A stretch of DNA of 64,000 nucleotides from Candidatus Hydrogenedentota bacterium (GCA_046583315.1 JAYGCN010000067.1:1093-65092); one strand, 5' to 3'. Numbered from the stretch's first letter, positions 39,537 to 49,638 are shown. Numbers and translations are program-made. Notes: a model not told the origin generated them from the letters alone.

Positions 39537-40997
39537 ATGTTCGAACATGCAAAAGAGCCGCAGTGGGATTACATGCGCACGCAGACGCGGCGACACTTCC
39601 TGCGGACGACTGGCTCAGGATTGGGCGCGGCGGCACTGGGACTGCTCGCGGGCGGATCGGAAACGGCATTCGGCGCGACGAGTTCAGACGCGCTACCTGT
39701 CGGCGCACACTTCGCCCCGAAAGCAAAACGGATCATCTATCTGCACATGGCCGGTTCGCCGCCGCAACATGACCTATTCGATTACAAGCCGGTGCTGGAT
39801 GAATGGGACGGCAAACCGTGTCCGGATTATATGTTCCAGAAAGAGCGATTCCCCTTCATCAAGGGACATCCAAAAATCCTGCCGACGCCTTACAAATTTG
39901 GTCAGTACGGCCCGGATGGCACCCAAATTTCTGAACTGTTACCCGAGTTGCAGACCGTTGCGGGCGACATTACCGTTGTTCGCTCGATGTATACCGAGCA
40001 ATTCAATCATGCGCCCGCGCAGTTATTACTGTATACGGGTTCGCCGTTACTGGGACGTCCCGCGATGGGTTCGTGGCTGACCTACGGCCTGGGCTCGGCG
40101 AACGAAAACCTGCCCGGCTTCGTCGTGCTGGTATCGGGCGACAAGACTCCCTCCGCCGGAAAAAGCGTGTGGGGTAGCGGGTTCCTGCCTTCAGTACATC
40201 AGGGCGTGCAATGCCGTAGCGCAGGCGACCCGGTCTTGTATCTTTCCGATCCGCAAGGCATGGACCGATCGATGCGGCGCAAAACACTCGACGCGCTTCG
40301 TGACCTAAACGAGCATCAGGCGCAGGAAGACGGCGACCCGGAAATCCAGACGCGCATCGCCCAATACGAACTCGCCTTCCGAATGCAGATGTCCGTACCC
40401 GAGGTGATGGACATCGCGAAAGAATCATCAGCGACGCTCGAAGCCTACGGTGCCGAACCGGGTAAAGGCTCCTTCGCAAACAACTGTCTGCTAGCACGTC
40501 GACTCGTGGAGAAGGACGTGCGCTTTGTGCAACTCTTCGATTGGGGCTGGGACGTGCATGGCAACGCGATCACGTCGGACATTATTAACGAGCTGCCCAA
40601 GAAATGTAAACAGACAGACAAACCGATCACGGCGCTCTTGAAGGATCTCAAGCAGCGTGGTCTGCTCGACGAGACACTGGTCGTATGGACCGGTGAATTC
40701 GGACGCACGGCGATGAATGAAGAGCGGGACGGCTCAAAATTCTTGGGACGCGACCACCACCCCGGCTGCTACACCATCTGGATGGCGGGCGGCGGCATCA
40801 AACAGGGCGCGAACGTGGGTGCCACGGACGAATTCGGTTACAACATTACCGAAAACCCCATTCACGTACACGATTTACAGGCGACGATGTTGCATTGCCT
40901 GGGAATCAATCATGAACGCCTCATCTATCGTTTCCAGGGCCGCGACTATCGCCTGACGGACGTCCACGGGCGCGTGGTACCCGAATTACTCGCTTAA
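39537..40997 (+). CDS. DUF1501 (sulfatase-like) protein with a Tat-like signal
   Basis: [45 protein letters not shown]. Confidence 0.92.
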   Translation: MFEHAKEPQWDYMRTQTRRHFLRTTGSGLGAAALGLLAGGSETAFGATSSDALPVGAHFAPKAKRIIYLHMAGSPPQHDLFDYKPVLDEWDGKPCPDYMFQKERFPFIKGHPKILPTPYKFGQYGPDGTQISELLPELQTVAGDITVVRSMYTEQFNHAPAQLLLYTGSPLLGRPAMGSWLTYGLGSANENLPGFVVLVSGDKTPSAGKSVWGSGFLPSVHQGVQCRSAGDPVLYLSDPQGMDRSMRRKTLDALRDLNEHQAQEDGDPEIQTRIAQYELAFRMQMSVPEVMDIAKESSATLEAYGAEPGKGSFANNCLLARRLVEKDVRFVQLFDWGWDVHGNAITSDIINELPKKCKQTDKPITALLKDLKQRGLLDETLVVWTGEFGRTAMNEERDGSKFLGRDHHPGCYTIWMAGGGIKQGANVGATDEFGYNITENPIHVHDLQATMLHCLGINHERLIYRFQGRDYRLTDVHGRVVPELLA

Positions 40998-42884
40998 CGA
41001 AGACTGTTCTTCCAGTTGCTGCAGCAACGCCAGCCCCTGTGCGTGATTCGGATCAATTTCGAGTACCCTGCGAGCGTAACGAAGTGCCGCCTCCGTGTTG
41101 CCTTGATTGGAAAGCGTCACGGCGTAATTCACCAGCGTAACGACGTTGCCTGGATCCAGATCGAGGCTCTTCCGTAGCGATTCCGCAGCAGCATCAAAGT
41201 CCTTCAACAGGATATCCGCCGCGCCAAGGTTACTCCACGTTTCTGCCTTGTGCGGGTTCAATTCGATGGAAGCCTCAAAATGAACACGCGCCGAAGCAAT
41301 TTCATTCTGTGCCAACAACGCATTTCCAAGATTATTGTGCGCATCGGCATGAGAGGGGTCAAGGTCCAGCGCCAGTCGCAGCAATGGAATCGCATCCTCC
41401 GGTCTTCCAGATACGAACAAGGTCTGCGCAAGATGATTAAGCGTGTCCGGGTCGTTCGACTCGAAAGACAATGCCCAACGCAGCACCACTTCCGATCCGT
41501 TCAATTTCCGGCGTTCCCGAAGGGCCTGCCCAAGATTCCGAAGATTGTCTATGGATTCATTGTCGATCGACAGTGCTTCAAGAGAGATCGCAATTGCGTT
41601 CTTGTAATCCCCCAGCGCAAGATAGGCCTCGCCCAGATTGGTCAGTGCCGTCAAGTTTCGCGGACTATGCGCGACCGTGTGACTGAACAGCGTCACGCTA
41701 TTTTTCCAGTGGGCGGTCTGCTGCGCCGCAAGTGCCGTGAGTCCAAAAAGCCAGGCCACCGTGACGGCACCGAATACTTTTCTTCCTATCGATAAGCGTG
41801 CGGCAAGGGGCGCAACCCATGCCGCGACCAATATGGAGAGCCCTATGAAGGGAACGTAGGAATAGCGATCGGCCATGGCCTGTCCACCGACCTGAATGAA
41901 CCCGATCACGGGCAGCAGGGTAATCAGGAACCACAACCAGCCAACCAGCGCGGCAGGATGTTCTTTTCGGACACGCCAACACAGAAAACTAATTCCACTC
42001 AGGAACAACACCGATAGCGCGGGTTTCCAGAGCGGCAACGAGTCTTCGGGATGAGGATAGAAGGGAATCAAGGGAAAGGGGATGAAGAATTTTTCGATGT
42101 AGACCCCGTAGGAATGTAAAGCATTTCCGATTCGTTCGGATAACGCAAAGGTCGCGGTATCCTGCAGGGCCCCGACACCGGATTGGGTGAAGATAGTAAT
42201 GAACGCGATGGACAAGGCGACCAGCAACAATGGAATTTTTTCTTTAACCAGAGACTTGAACTGCTCCTTGTCTTCCCAGCGATTGAGTGGGGCGTAATCG
42301 AGCAACAGCAGCAACGCAGGCAAGGTGACTAGCATCGGTTTCGCCATGAGGCTACACGCAAACAGACCAATCGTCGCCGCGTAGGCTTTTCTCGATCCCT
42401 GAGTAGCGTATGCGTGATACGCGAGAAGACACCCGAAGGCGAAAAAGGTACTCAGCAGATCTTTGCGCTCGGAAATCCACGCGACCGATTCCACATGCAT
42501 CGGGTGAACGACGAACAGGACCGCGACAAAGATGCTGAAGGCGCGCTGTTTGGTGTACAGGCTCGCGACCCAATAAAGCAGAATCCCGTTGATCGCGTGC
42601 CACAACGCGTTCTCCAGATGATAGGCGCCTGCGTTGAACTCAAACAACGAAAAGTCGATGAGGTACGAGAGCCAGGTGAGTGGAATCCAGTTCCCGAAAT
42701 AGGTCGTCGTCAAGGCCCACTGAAAGGTCTGCGGCGTCAGGCCATTGAAAATTCGGATGTTCTCGTAAATGTACGAGGCATCGTCATAATTGACAAATGC
42801 AAAGCGATAGGTCTGACCGTAGATGAGCCCGGTCAGGCCCAGCAATAAAATAATGACCGACCCGTGAATACGCATGATGAGCAT
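40986..42884 (-). CDS. TMTC-like membrane protein (GT-C fold + TPRs), paralogue of 3927-5711
   Basis: FVNYDDASY, NWIPLTWLS, HPMHVESVAWISERKD, ADRYSYVP, multiple TPRs. Confidence 0.85.
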   Translation of the reverse strand: MLIMRIHGSVIILLLGLTGLIYGQTYRFAFVNYDDASYIYENIRIFNGLTPQTFQWALTTTYFGNWIPLTWLSYLIDFSLFEFNAGAYHLENALWHAINGILLYWVASLYTKQRAFSIFVAVLFVVHPMHVESVAWISERKDLLSTFFAFGCLLAYHAYATQGSRKAYAATIGLFACSLMAKPMLVTLPALLLLLDYAPLNRWEDKEQFKSLVKEKIPLLLVALSIAFITIFTQSGVGALQDTATFALSERIGNALHSYGVYIEKFFIPFPLIPFYPHPEDSLPLWKPALSVLFLSGISFLCWRVRKEHPAALVGWLWFLITLLPVIGFIQVGGQAMADRYSYVPFIGLSILVAAWVAPLAARLSIGRKVFGAVTVAWLFGLTALAAQQTAHWKNSVTLFSHTVAHSPRNLTALTNLGEAYLALGDYKNAIAISLEALSIDNESIDNLRNLGQALRERRKLNGSEVVLRWALSFESNDPDTLNHLAQTLFVSGRPEDAIPLLRLALDLDPSHADAHNNLGNALLAQNEIASARVHFEASIELNPHKAETWSNLGAADILLKDFDAAAESLRKSLDLDPGNVVTLVNYAVTLSNQGNTEAALRYARRVLEIDPNHAQGLALLQQLEEQSSLSE

Positions 42885-42996
42885 TGTATTTTTTTGCTCG
42901 ACCCACACGCAAACTTCGCACAATTCGGGCATCACGCCAACCTGTACTTAGGCGCGCCTTAGCCAATAGAATAGTGCTCGATTAACGGAGTAGCCG

Positions 42997-44250
42997 ATGC
43001 CTGACACAAACGAAATCCCGACCAATACCCATTGGCGAAACTTCCACATCTTCGGTTGGGAAGTTGCGCTGCACAACGCCGGCGTGCGCATGATCGGATC
43101 GATGGTGCTCATCCCCTTTCTGTTCGTGGAAGTCGGTATTCACGCGAGCTGGCTCGGACTGTTCCCCATTGCGCGCAACCTGATGTCCTTAACCGGGCCC
43201 ATCGGTGCCGCATGGGGAGGCGGACTCGAACACAAACTCGGCTACTGCGTGCGCTGGACGATTGTTCATTGCCTGCCGTTCATATTGATACCGATTGGCG
43301 TACTACTTTTTTTCGACCAACCGACAACTCTACTTATTGTGCTCGTCATTGCATGGATTTTCGCGCATCTCGGCCAGGGACTCGTCGAATCGGTAAAGCA
43401 AACGCTCATGGTCAACAGCATTCGCGAAGAATGGTGGGGTCGCACGATGGGGTATCGACAGGTGATGACCGCAGTAGTGGGCATCGCGGCATCCGGCGTG
43501 CTGTGGTGGATCAACCAGCGTTACGACGAGCCGCAGAATTTCGTGATGCTGGGTTGGATGTCGATCGGCATGATGGCTGCCTCGCTTCTTTTGTTATCCC
43601 GCTTGAAAGAAGTACCCGCCGAAGCGAAAGCGATACGACCACGTAAACCCTGGCGCGAATCATGGGGCATGGTATTCGAGATCTGGAAACGGGACCGCGC
43701 GGTACGTTGGCTGGTTTACGGTCGCTGGGCACGCTGCACGGGCATGTTTATTAACACCTTCGTGACGGTCGTGTTCATGCAACGCTGCGGACTCACCACC
43801 GAAGACATGTGGCTGCCGGTATTGCTCATCACCGTCGCCGAAATTCTTTCCTTCGCGCTGGCATCCTGGTTCGTCGATCGCATCGGCAGTAAAACCGCCA
43901 TGGTACTGTCCGGATTCCTGATGGCCGCCAACGCCTTGCTCATCATGCAAAGCAATTCCATCTGGGGATTCGTCATCCTCTTCCCCTTCCTCACCCTCGC
44001 CCAGGGACTCATGCGCAGCGGCTGGCCCACTCTCGTCATGAAAATGGCCCCCGTCGAACAACGCGCCGACTACCACGCCGCCGTAAACCTCGCCGTACTG
44101 CCCGGCATGTACTTGGCCTTCGCGTCCGGCATCGCCCTTGTGCGATACACCGACTTCGACATCATTTTCTATATCACACTCGTCGGCAGTCTCGTCGGAT
44201 CACTGTGCTTCTTCATCGGCCTACCCGGAAAACAAACACCAACCGCCTAA
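42997..44250 (+). CDS. MFS transporter
   Basis: About 12 hydrophobic segments, WWGRTMG, FVDRIGSK motif A, MAPVEQR. Confidence 0.85.
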   Translation: MPDTNEIPTNTHWRNFHIFGWEVALHNAGVRMIGSMVLIPFLFVEVGIHASWLGLFPIARNLMSLTGPIGAAWGGGLEHKLGYCVRWTIVHCLPFILIPIGVLLFFDQPTTLLIVLVIAWIFAHLGQGLVESVKQTLMVNSIREEWWGRTMGYRQVMTAVVGIAASGVLWWINQRYDEPQNFVMLGWMSIGMMAASLLLLSRLKEVPAEAKAIRPRKPWRESWGMVFEIWKRDRAVRWLVYGRWARCTGMFINTFVTVVFMQRCGLTTEDMWLPVLLITVAEILSFALASWFVDRIGSKTAMVLSGFLMAANALLIMQSNSIWGFVILFPFLTLAQGLMRSGWPTLVMKMAPVEQRADYHAAVNLAVLPGMYLAFASGIALVRYTDFDIIFYITLVGSLVGSLCFFIGLPGKQTPTA

Positions 44251-44261
44251 CCGCAACCACC

Positions 44262-44332
44262 TTCATCCGAAGATTACGCAGATTAAGAAACCGAAAACCG
44301 CATTTTTAACGCAAAGACGCAAAGGCGTAAAG
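44262..44332 (+). repeat. Left composite repeat (ccgaagattacgcagatt + cgcaaag 8-nt-period x3)
   Basis: Imperfect inverted copy at 45194-45258. Confidence 0.75.
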
Positions 44333-44340
44333 AGATGACG

Positions 44341-44410
44341 CGGGAGAGCGACGCTCCCGCGGAGCCGATACACGCGTTACCCCGGGCGCGGCAGGAGCCT
44401 CTCCATCCTG
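44341..44410. repeat. REP-like inverted palindrome pair
   Basis: cgggagagcgacgctcccgcggagccg (44341-44367) and gggcgcggcaggagcctctccatcctg (44384-44410) are imperfect reverse complements; the left copy has an internal GAGCG-a-CGCTC hairpin. Confidence 0.6.
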
Positions 44411-44680
44411 CGCACCACCCCGCCAGTGTCATTTCCGTAAGTGCTCCCCCACCGATTCAACACCAACGCCCACAGTACCGCGTCCGAGCCTAGACGTAGC
44501 CTCTACTTATCCTGCTTACCCGTTGCATCGCGGTCGGGCCAAGGCGAGGTGTGGTACCGGGAAACAATGGGTGCTACGGGGCTGATGTAACCGTTTAGGG
44601 GATATGGAAAACAATAGGGTGTGAGTCGTAAATACCTATCATATAACAGGTTTCGAAGGTTTATTATTGACAATTAGCGT

Positions 44681-44986
44681 CTAATCGTCGTCTGCCATTT
44701 CCGAGTACAACACATGCTTCGGCACGACTTCGGCCCTGCGCAGCCACGTCGCGACGCCGCACATGACAAGTCCTGAAATGACAGGAAGGTAATAGAGAAT
44801 CGCAAAGCGAAAAGACAAAATGCCTGAAAAGTCGCCCGCCGGACGTGCCTTGATCGCGCTGCTTCCCGCATTGCCGAACGCATTCACAAAAATGCCCCGC
44901 CCAGGCCAGATTTCCTCGTGCAACATCCACAAAGCCACAAAAAGCATCGGAAAGCCGATTAGGTATAGGATTTTCCAGGGTTTCAT
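44681..44986 (-). CDS. Small two-TM hypothetical membrane protein
   Basis: Two hydrophobic segments; GGAGG 15 nt upstream; only plausible gene in the repeat-bounded interval. Confidence 0.55.
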   Translation of the reverse strand: MKPWKILYLIGFPMLFVALWMLHEEIWPGRGIFVNAFGNAGSSAIKARPAGDFSGILSFRFAILYYLPVISGLVMCGVATWLRRAEVVPKHVLYSEMADDD

Positions 44987-45137
44987 GGTTTTAAAGTTAA
45001 ACCTCCAATAATGAAAAATGTGTCCGTTTTTCTGCGACTACGTAAAACGTGACTTCTTCATAAAGATCTCCTGACGTCATAGTTTACCAGAATACCTCTA
45101 CTTTTAACGTGTCTCGATATAGGGCAAGCTTACAAAG

Positions 45138-45175
45138 ATTCCACGGTGTGCGCTCCGTGATGCCGTGGAATGACG
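45138..45175. repeat. REP-like hairpin ending GGAATGACG
   Basis: attccacggtgt...atgccgtggaat stem followed by gacg; possible partner tgtcatttcc at about 44427. Confidence 0.5.
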
Positions 45176-45193
45176 ATTTTTTGGGGTCGCGAC

Positions 45194-45258
45194 CCTTTGC
45201 GCCTTTGCGCTGAAACAGTTAGTTGTTTGCACTTTAATCTGCATACTCTGCGGATGAA
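45194..45258 (-). repeat. Right composite repeat, inverted relative to 44262-44325
   Basis: Reverse complement reads ttcatccgcagagtatgcagattaa...tttcagcgcaaaggcgcaaagg. Confidence 0.75.
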
Positions 45259-45307
45259 AACACGGTTGAAGTTGCAAGATGCGGTGTCGCTTGGGTACCG
45301 TTGTCCG

Positions 45308-46099
45308 ATGCAAAATGATGATACGTTATTGACAGAGTTGGACGGCCCAATCGCGTGGCTGACGATTAACCGGCCGGACAAGCATAACGCGCTGACGCAG
45401 GCGATGTGGGCACGGTTGCCGGAGTTGCTGGATGAGCTGTCGTCGAATCCGAAGGTGCGCGTGATTGTTATTCGCGGGGCGGGTGAAAAATGTTTTTCGG
45501 CGGGTGCGGACATTTCGGAGTTCCTGGAGCGTGCGGAATCGGGCGTGGCGGATGAGGAAGGCCTCTCCCCCACGTCGAATGCCTTTGATGCCATCGCGGA
45601 CTGTCCCACGCCGACGATTTCGATGATTCATGGACATTGTTTTGGCGGTGGATGCGCGATTGCGTTGGCGACGGATATTCGGATCGCCTCGGAAGACGCG
45701 CGATTCGCGATCACGCCGGCGCGGCTTGGTCTAGGCTATCCCTTTAACGGCATCGAACGCGCCGTGCAGGAACTGGGTGCGGCCCATGCTCGGTATTTGC
45801 TCTTGACGGCAAATCATTTGAACGCGCAGGACGCGCTGCGCATCGGACTGGCTCACGAAATACATCCGTCAGACGAACTTGAATCCGCCACGCGAAAAAT
45901 CGCCGACACGATAGCTTCCAACGCACCAAAAACCATCCGCGCGATCCGAAATTCGATTACGCAGACACAGTTAACGCCGGAAAGTCGCGATATGGACCTT
46001 ATTGAATCACTGATCCGGGATTGCGCCACGAGCGAGGATTACCAGGAAGGCGTGCGCGCGTTCATGGAGAAACGTAAACCGGAATTCAATGATCGTTAG
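45308..46099 (+). CDS. Enoyl-CoA hydratase/isomerase (crotonase) family
   Basis: LTINRPDKHNAL, FSAGADISEF, GHCFGGG, SEDYQEGVRAFMEKRKPEF; start ATG 45308. Confidence 0.93.
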   Translation: MQNDDTLLTELDGPIAWLTINRPDKHNALTQAMWARLPELLDELSSNPKVRVIVIRGAGEKCFSAGADISEFLERAESGVADEEGLSPTSNAFDAIADCPTPTISMIHGHCFGGGCAIALATDIRIASEDARFAITPARLGLGYPFNGIERAVQELGAAHARYLLLTANHLNAQDALRIGLAHEIHPSDELESATRKIADTIASNAPKTIRAIRNSITQTQLTPESRDMDLIESLIRDCATSEDYQEGVRAFMEKRKPEFNDR

Positions 46100-47103
46100 C
46101 TGACCTTGACGAGCTGCTTGCCTTTGTTTTTACCGTTCAACATGCGAATGAAGGCTTCGGGCGTGTTTTCGAGTCCGTCCATGATGTCTTCGCGGTATTT
46201 GAGCTTGCCTTCTTGTATCCACTGACCCATCTGCAGCGCACCTTCCGGGAATCGATCGGCAAAACGCGAGACGATGAACCCTTCTGCACGCGACTGCGTC
46301 ACGAGAAGCATGGTCAACAAGCGTGGACCCATTTCCGGTTTCTCAAGGTTGTACTGGGAAATCGCGCCGCAAATACTGATGCGCGAAAAACCGGCAAGAT
46401 TCATCAGGACGGCATCCGTCATTGCGCCGCCGACGTTGTCGAAGTAACAGTCGATACCTTTAGGAAATCGAGACCGTAACGCGGCAGGATAATCGGTCTC
46501 GGTTTTGTAGTTGAAGGCATCGTCGTATCCGCATTCGTCGACAAGGCGAGCCACTTTTTCATCATCGCCAGCGCTACCAATAACGGTGCAGCCTTTAATC
46601 TTCGCAATTTGTCCGACGATTTCTCCAACGGCACCAGCCGCGCCCGATACGAATACCTGATCACCTTCGGTAGGTTCACAGATATCGAGGAATCCGAAGT
46701 ACGCGGTCATGCCCGGCATGCCGAGGATGCCCAACGCGGTCGTAACGGGAGCCAATTCGGGATTCAGCTTGTTGATGCCGGTTCCATCGCTCACGGAATA
46801 GTCCATCCAACCCCATCCACCAGCGACACTATCGCCTTCAGAAAAGTCGGGATGATTACTCTTGGTCACGACACCTATAGAGCCACCGTAGATAGCCTCA
46901 CCGATCTGAAAGGGTTGCGCGTAGGACTTGACGTCGTTCATGCGTCCGCGCATGTACGGGTCAACCGACAAGTATGTCGTGTGAATCTGGAACTCGCCGT
47001 CGCCGGGTTCGGGCATGGCTTGCTCGGTCAGCGCAAAGTCAGACTCTTTCGGGAAACCTTTGGGGCGCGCGGCTAGCGTATAGACTCGGTTCACTACGGG
47101 CAT
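46096..47103 (-). CDS. NADP-dependent alkenal/one reductase (PTGR/CurA-like MDR)
   Basis: YLSVDPYMRGRM, LGMPGMTAYFG, SGAAGAVG, YFDNVGG, CGAISQYN, GKNKGK. Confidence 0.93.
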   Translation of the reverse strand: MPVVNRVYTLAARPKGFPKESDFALTEQAMPEPGDGEFQIHTTYLSVDPYMRGRMNDVKSYAQPFQIGEAIYGGSIGVVTKSNHPDFSEGDSVAGGWGWMDYSVSDGTGINKLNPELAPVTTALGILGMPGMTAYFGFLDICEPTEGDQVFVSGAAGAVGEIVGQIAKIKGCTVIGSAGDDEKVARLVDECGYDDAFNYKTETDYPAALRSRFPKGIDCYFDNVGGAMTDAVLMNLAGFSRISICGAISQYNLEKPEMGPRLLTMLLVTQSRAEGFIVSRFADRFPEGALQMGQWIQEGKLKYREDIMDGLENTPEAFIRMLNGKNKGKQLVKVS

Positions 47104-47157
47104 GGTGGACTCTCCTTATCGGGTGTGCAGCCTGGTTGTCAGTATAGTGGATGATGC

Positions 47158-48270
47158 TCAGATACCCAAGGCCTGGGTACAAATGAGTTCGTCATAGTGA
47201 TCGGCATTGCCGAAGAGGAACTGGTTGTGTTTGGCACGTTTCAGGAATAAATGCAGATCGTATTCCCAAGTGAAACCGATACCTCCGTGCAATTGTAGGC
47301 AGGTCAGCGTCACGTTACGGTAGCACTCGGTATTGGTGTTGCGCGCCACGGCTACAGCCACCTCAACATCTTCCGATTCCGCGTCGGCGGCCCAGGTGCC
47401 GTAATGGAAGGCTGATTTCGCGGACTCGATCTGCGCGAAGAGATCCACCAGCGGGTGTTTTACCGACTGAAATGAGCCTATCAACGTGCCGAACTGGCTG
47501 CGTTCTTTGGCGTACCCGACGGTGAGTTTGTGAATGTACTCTGAACCACCCAGGCAGTCCGCCGCAATGCCGATGTTGGCGACCCGTAGCGTTTTTTGGA
47601 AGACGTCATCGGGATTCTGGATGACGGCGTCTCCACTGACTTGGACATTGTCGAGCGACAGGGTGCCGTTGCGGCTGGTGAGGTCCCAGACCTTGTTCGG
47701 AGTAACGGTGACACCGTCGGCATCTTTATCGACGATGAAAAATCCGGTTCCGCTATCGGTTTTCGCAGCAACAACGAATACGTTTGCGGCTGCGGCATCG
47801 ACGACGAGATCTTTCTGACCACTCAGCGTGAATCCGTCGCTGGAAGGCGTTGCTGTGCATGTGGTGTTCGTGAGGTCGATGCCCAGCTCAGGTTCGACGA
47901 TAGCGACGGAACCGACCGTAGCGCCTGCCACAAGATTCTCAATGTATTTTTCTTTGGCCGCGTCGGTGCCGCCCTTGGCGATCATGAAGGTCGCGAGGGT
48001 GGTTGACAGAAACGGTCCGGGTACAACGCCGCGACCGAGTTCATAGGCGACCACGCCAAATTCCTGGAGACCCATGTCGAGACCACCGAGTGCTTCAGGC
48101 ACAAGTATGCCGAGCCAGCCTTGTTCGGCTACGGTGTTCCACAAATCATCGCTCAATCCCTTGGGTTCTTCGGCAAGTTCCCGAACTTTCTCAAGCGATA
48201 CATCGTTCTCCACGAACTTCCGAACGCTGTCTTGCAGCATCGTTTGTTCTTCACTGAAATTCACATCCAT
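47158..48270 (-). CDS. Acyl-CoA dehydrogenase, beta-type subunit of a heteromeric ACAD
   Basis: YAKERSQFGTLIGSFQSVKH, QLHGGIGFTWEYDLHLFLKRA; no obvious catalytic Glu. Confidence 0.88.
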   Translation of the reverse strand: MDVNFSEEQTMLQDSVRKFVENDVSLEKVRELAEEPKGLSDDLWNTVAEQGWLGILVPEALGGLDMGLQEFGVVAYELGRGVVPGPFLSTTLATFMIAKGGTDAAKEKYIENLVAGATVGSVAIVEPELGIDLTNTTCTATPSSDGFTLSGQKDLVVDAAAANVFVVAAKTDSGTGFFIVDKDADGVTVTPNKVWDLTSRNGTLSLDNVQVSGDAVIQNPDDVFQKTLRVANIGIAADCLGGSEYIHKLTVGYAKERSQFGTLIGSFQSVKHPLVDLFAQIESAKSAFHYGTWAADAESEDVEVAVAVARNTNTECYRNVTLTCLQLHGGIGFTWEYDLHLFLKRAKHNQFLFGNADHYDELICTQALGI

Positions 48271-48316
48271 TTTCTATTCTCCAGCGACGACGCAGGGGCC
48301 GTCGAGTTGTTGTCAT

Positions 48317-49504
48317 TTACTTGGGCAGACCGAGTACGCGTTCGCCGGTGATGTTTTTGAGGATTTCCGAGGTGCCGCCTTCGATGGTATTGGCGCGAGA
48401 ACGCAGGAACTGGAACATCCAGCGACTGGTCGGATCGTCTTGTGCTTCCGTCATCAATTCGGCATAGGGGCCGAGAATGTCGATGGCCATTTCGAGCAAA
48501 TCCTGGTTGGCTTTACCCCAGATGAGCTTGAATATGGAGCCGATGGGACCAGGATCGCCGCCGGCTGTGGCGTTGGCACGCATCCGTAGATTGTTGAGAC
48601 GCTGTGTTTCGACGTTGGTATAGAAGTAAGCCAGCTTCTTGCGGATGACCGGATCTTCGCTGAGCGGCTTGCCGTTCTTCTTGATGGTCTTGGTCAGCTC
48701 AACAACGTCGGCTAAGGTACGTTTGATGCGGCCATACAAAATCGCCGCGATGTTCACGCGCTCATGCATGAGCGTGTGGATGGCGACCATCCAACCGTTG
48801 TCTTCGCCGCCGAGAATATTCTCTTTGGGAATGCGCACGTCGTTGAAAAATACTTCGTTAAATTCCGGATCGCCAGTCACCTGTACGAGTGGTCGGATGT
48901 CGATTCCCGGTGAGCTCATGTCGAGAATAAAATAGGTCATGCCCGCGTGTTTGGAGCCGGAAGTATCGGTACGCGTCAATAGAATGCAATACTGCGAGTG
49001 GTGTGCGCCGGAGGTCCAGATTTTCTGACCGTTGACCACATACTCATCGCCATCAAGCACGGCCGAGGTCTTCAGACTGGCCAAATCAGATCCCGCGTTG
49101 GGCTCGGAGAAACCCTGACACCAGATTTCGGTTCCAGAAAGGATGTTTTCCAAGTGCCGCGATTTCTGTTCGTCGCTGCCGTGGGCCATGATGGTGGGTC
49201 CGGCCATACCGACACCGATCGTGTTCAGCGGCGGCGGCGTAATGTAATTGCTCATCTCATCCTGAAAAAGAAACATCTCGATGGGACTCGCTTCGAGTCC
49301 GCCGTATTCTTTGGGCCAGTTGATGCCGGACCAGCCGCCTTCGTGGAGCTTGAGCATCCAACGTTTGGCCTCGGCGATGCGCTCGTCGGGGTCTTCGGGA
49401 ATCGGCCAGGCGTCGGTGCCGTAGTCTCCGGGTACGTTGTCTGAAATCCACGCTTTGACCTTGTCGCGGAACTCGAGTTCGGCGGTAGAGTAGCTAAAAT
49501 CCAT
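48317..49504 (-). CDS. Acyl-CoA dehydrogenase, alpha-type subunit of a heteromeric ACAD
   Basis: WPKEYGG, WCQGFSEPNAGSDLASL, NGQKIWTS, FNEVFF, LMHER, TIEGGTSEI. Confidence 0.92.
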   Translation of the reverse strand: MDFSYSTAELEFRDKVKAWISDNVPGDYGTDAWPIPEDPDERIAEAKRWMLKLHEGGWSGINWPKEYGGLEASPIEMFLFQDEMSNYITPPPLNTIGVGMAGPTIMAHGSDEQKSRHLENILSGTEIWCQGFSEPNAGSDLASLKTSAVLDGDEYVVNGQKIWTSGAHHSQYCILLTRTDTSGSKHAGMTYFILDMSSPGIDIRPLVQVTGDPEFNEVFFNDVRIPKENILGGEDNGWMVAIHTLMHERVNIAAILYGRIKRTLADVVELTKTIKKNGKPLSEDPVIRKKLAYFYTNVETQRLNNLRMRANATAGGDPGPIGSIFKLIWGKANQDLLEMAIDILGPYAELMTEAQDDPTSRWMFQFLRSRANTIEGGTSEILKNITGERVLGLPK

Positions 49505-49638
49505 AATTTGTGCCTCGCGCAGTATTGATTAAGGGATTAACAGTTAATTTCTAGGCTATTGTACAAAACTCGTGAAGACAATGCCAACTCACTGCGAGGT
49601 ACGCTGAAGAGGGGTAGAAAGAGGTATCGCGCGGAGCG

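Noticed and set aside
44262-45258. CRISPR array or integron attC cassette
   Set aside because: No regularly spaced direct repeats with unique spacers, no cas or intI genes, and no clear RYYYAAC...GTTRRRY site after the cargo ORF.
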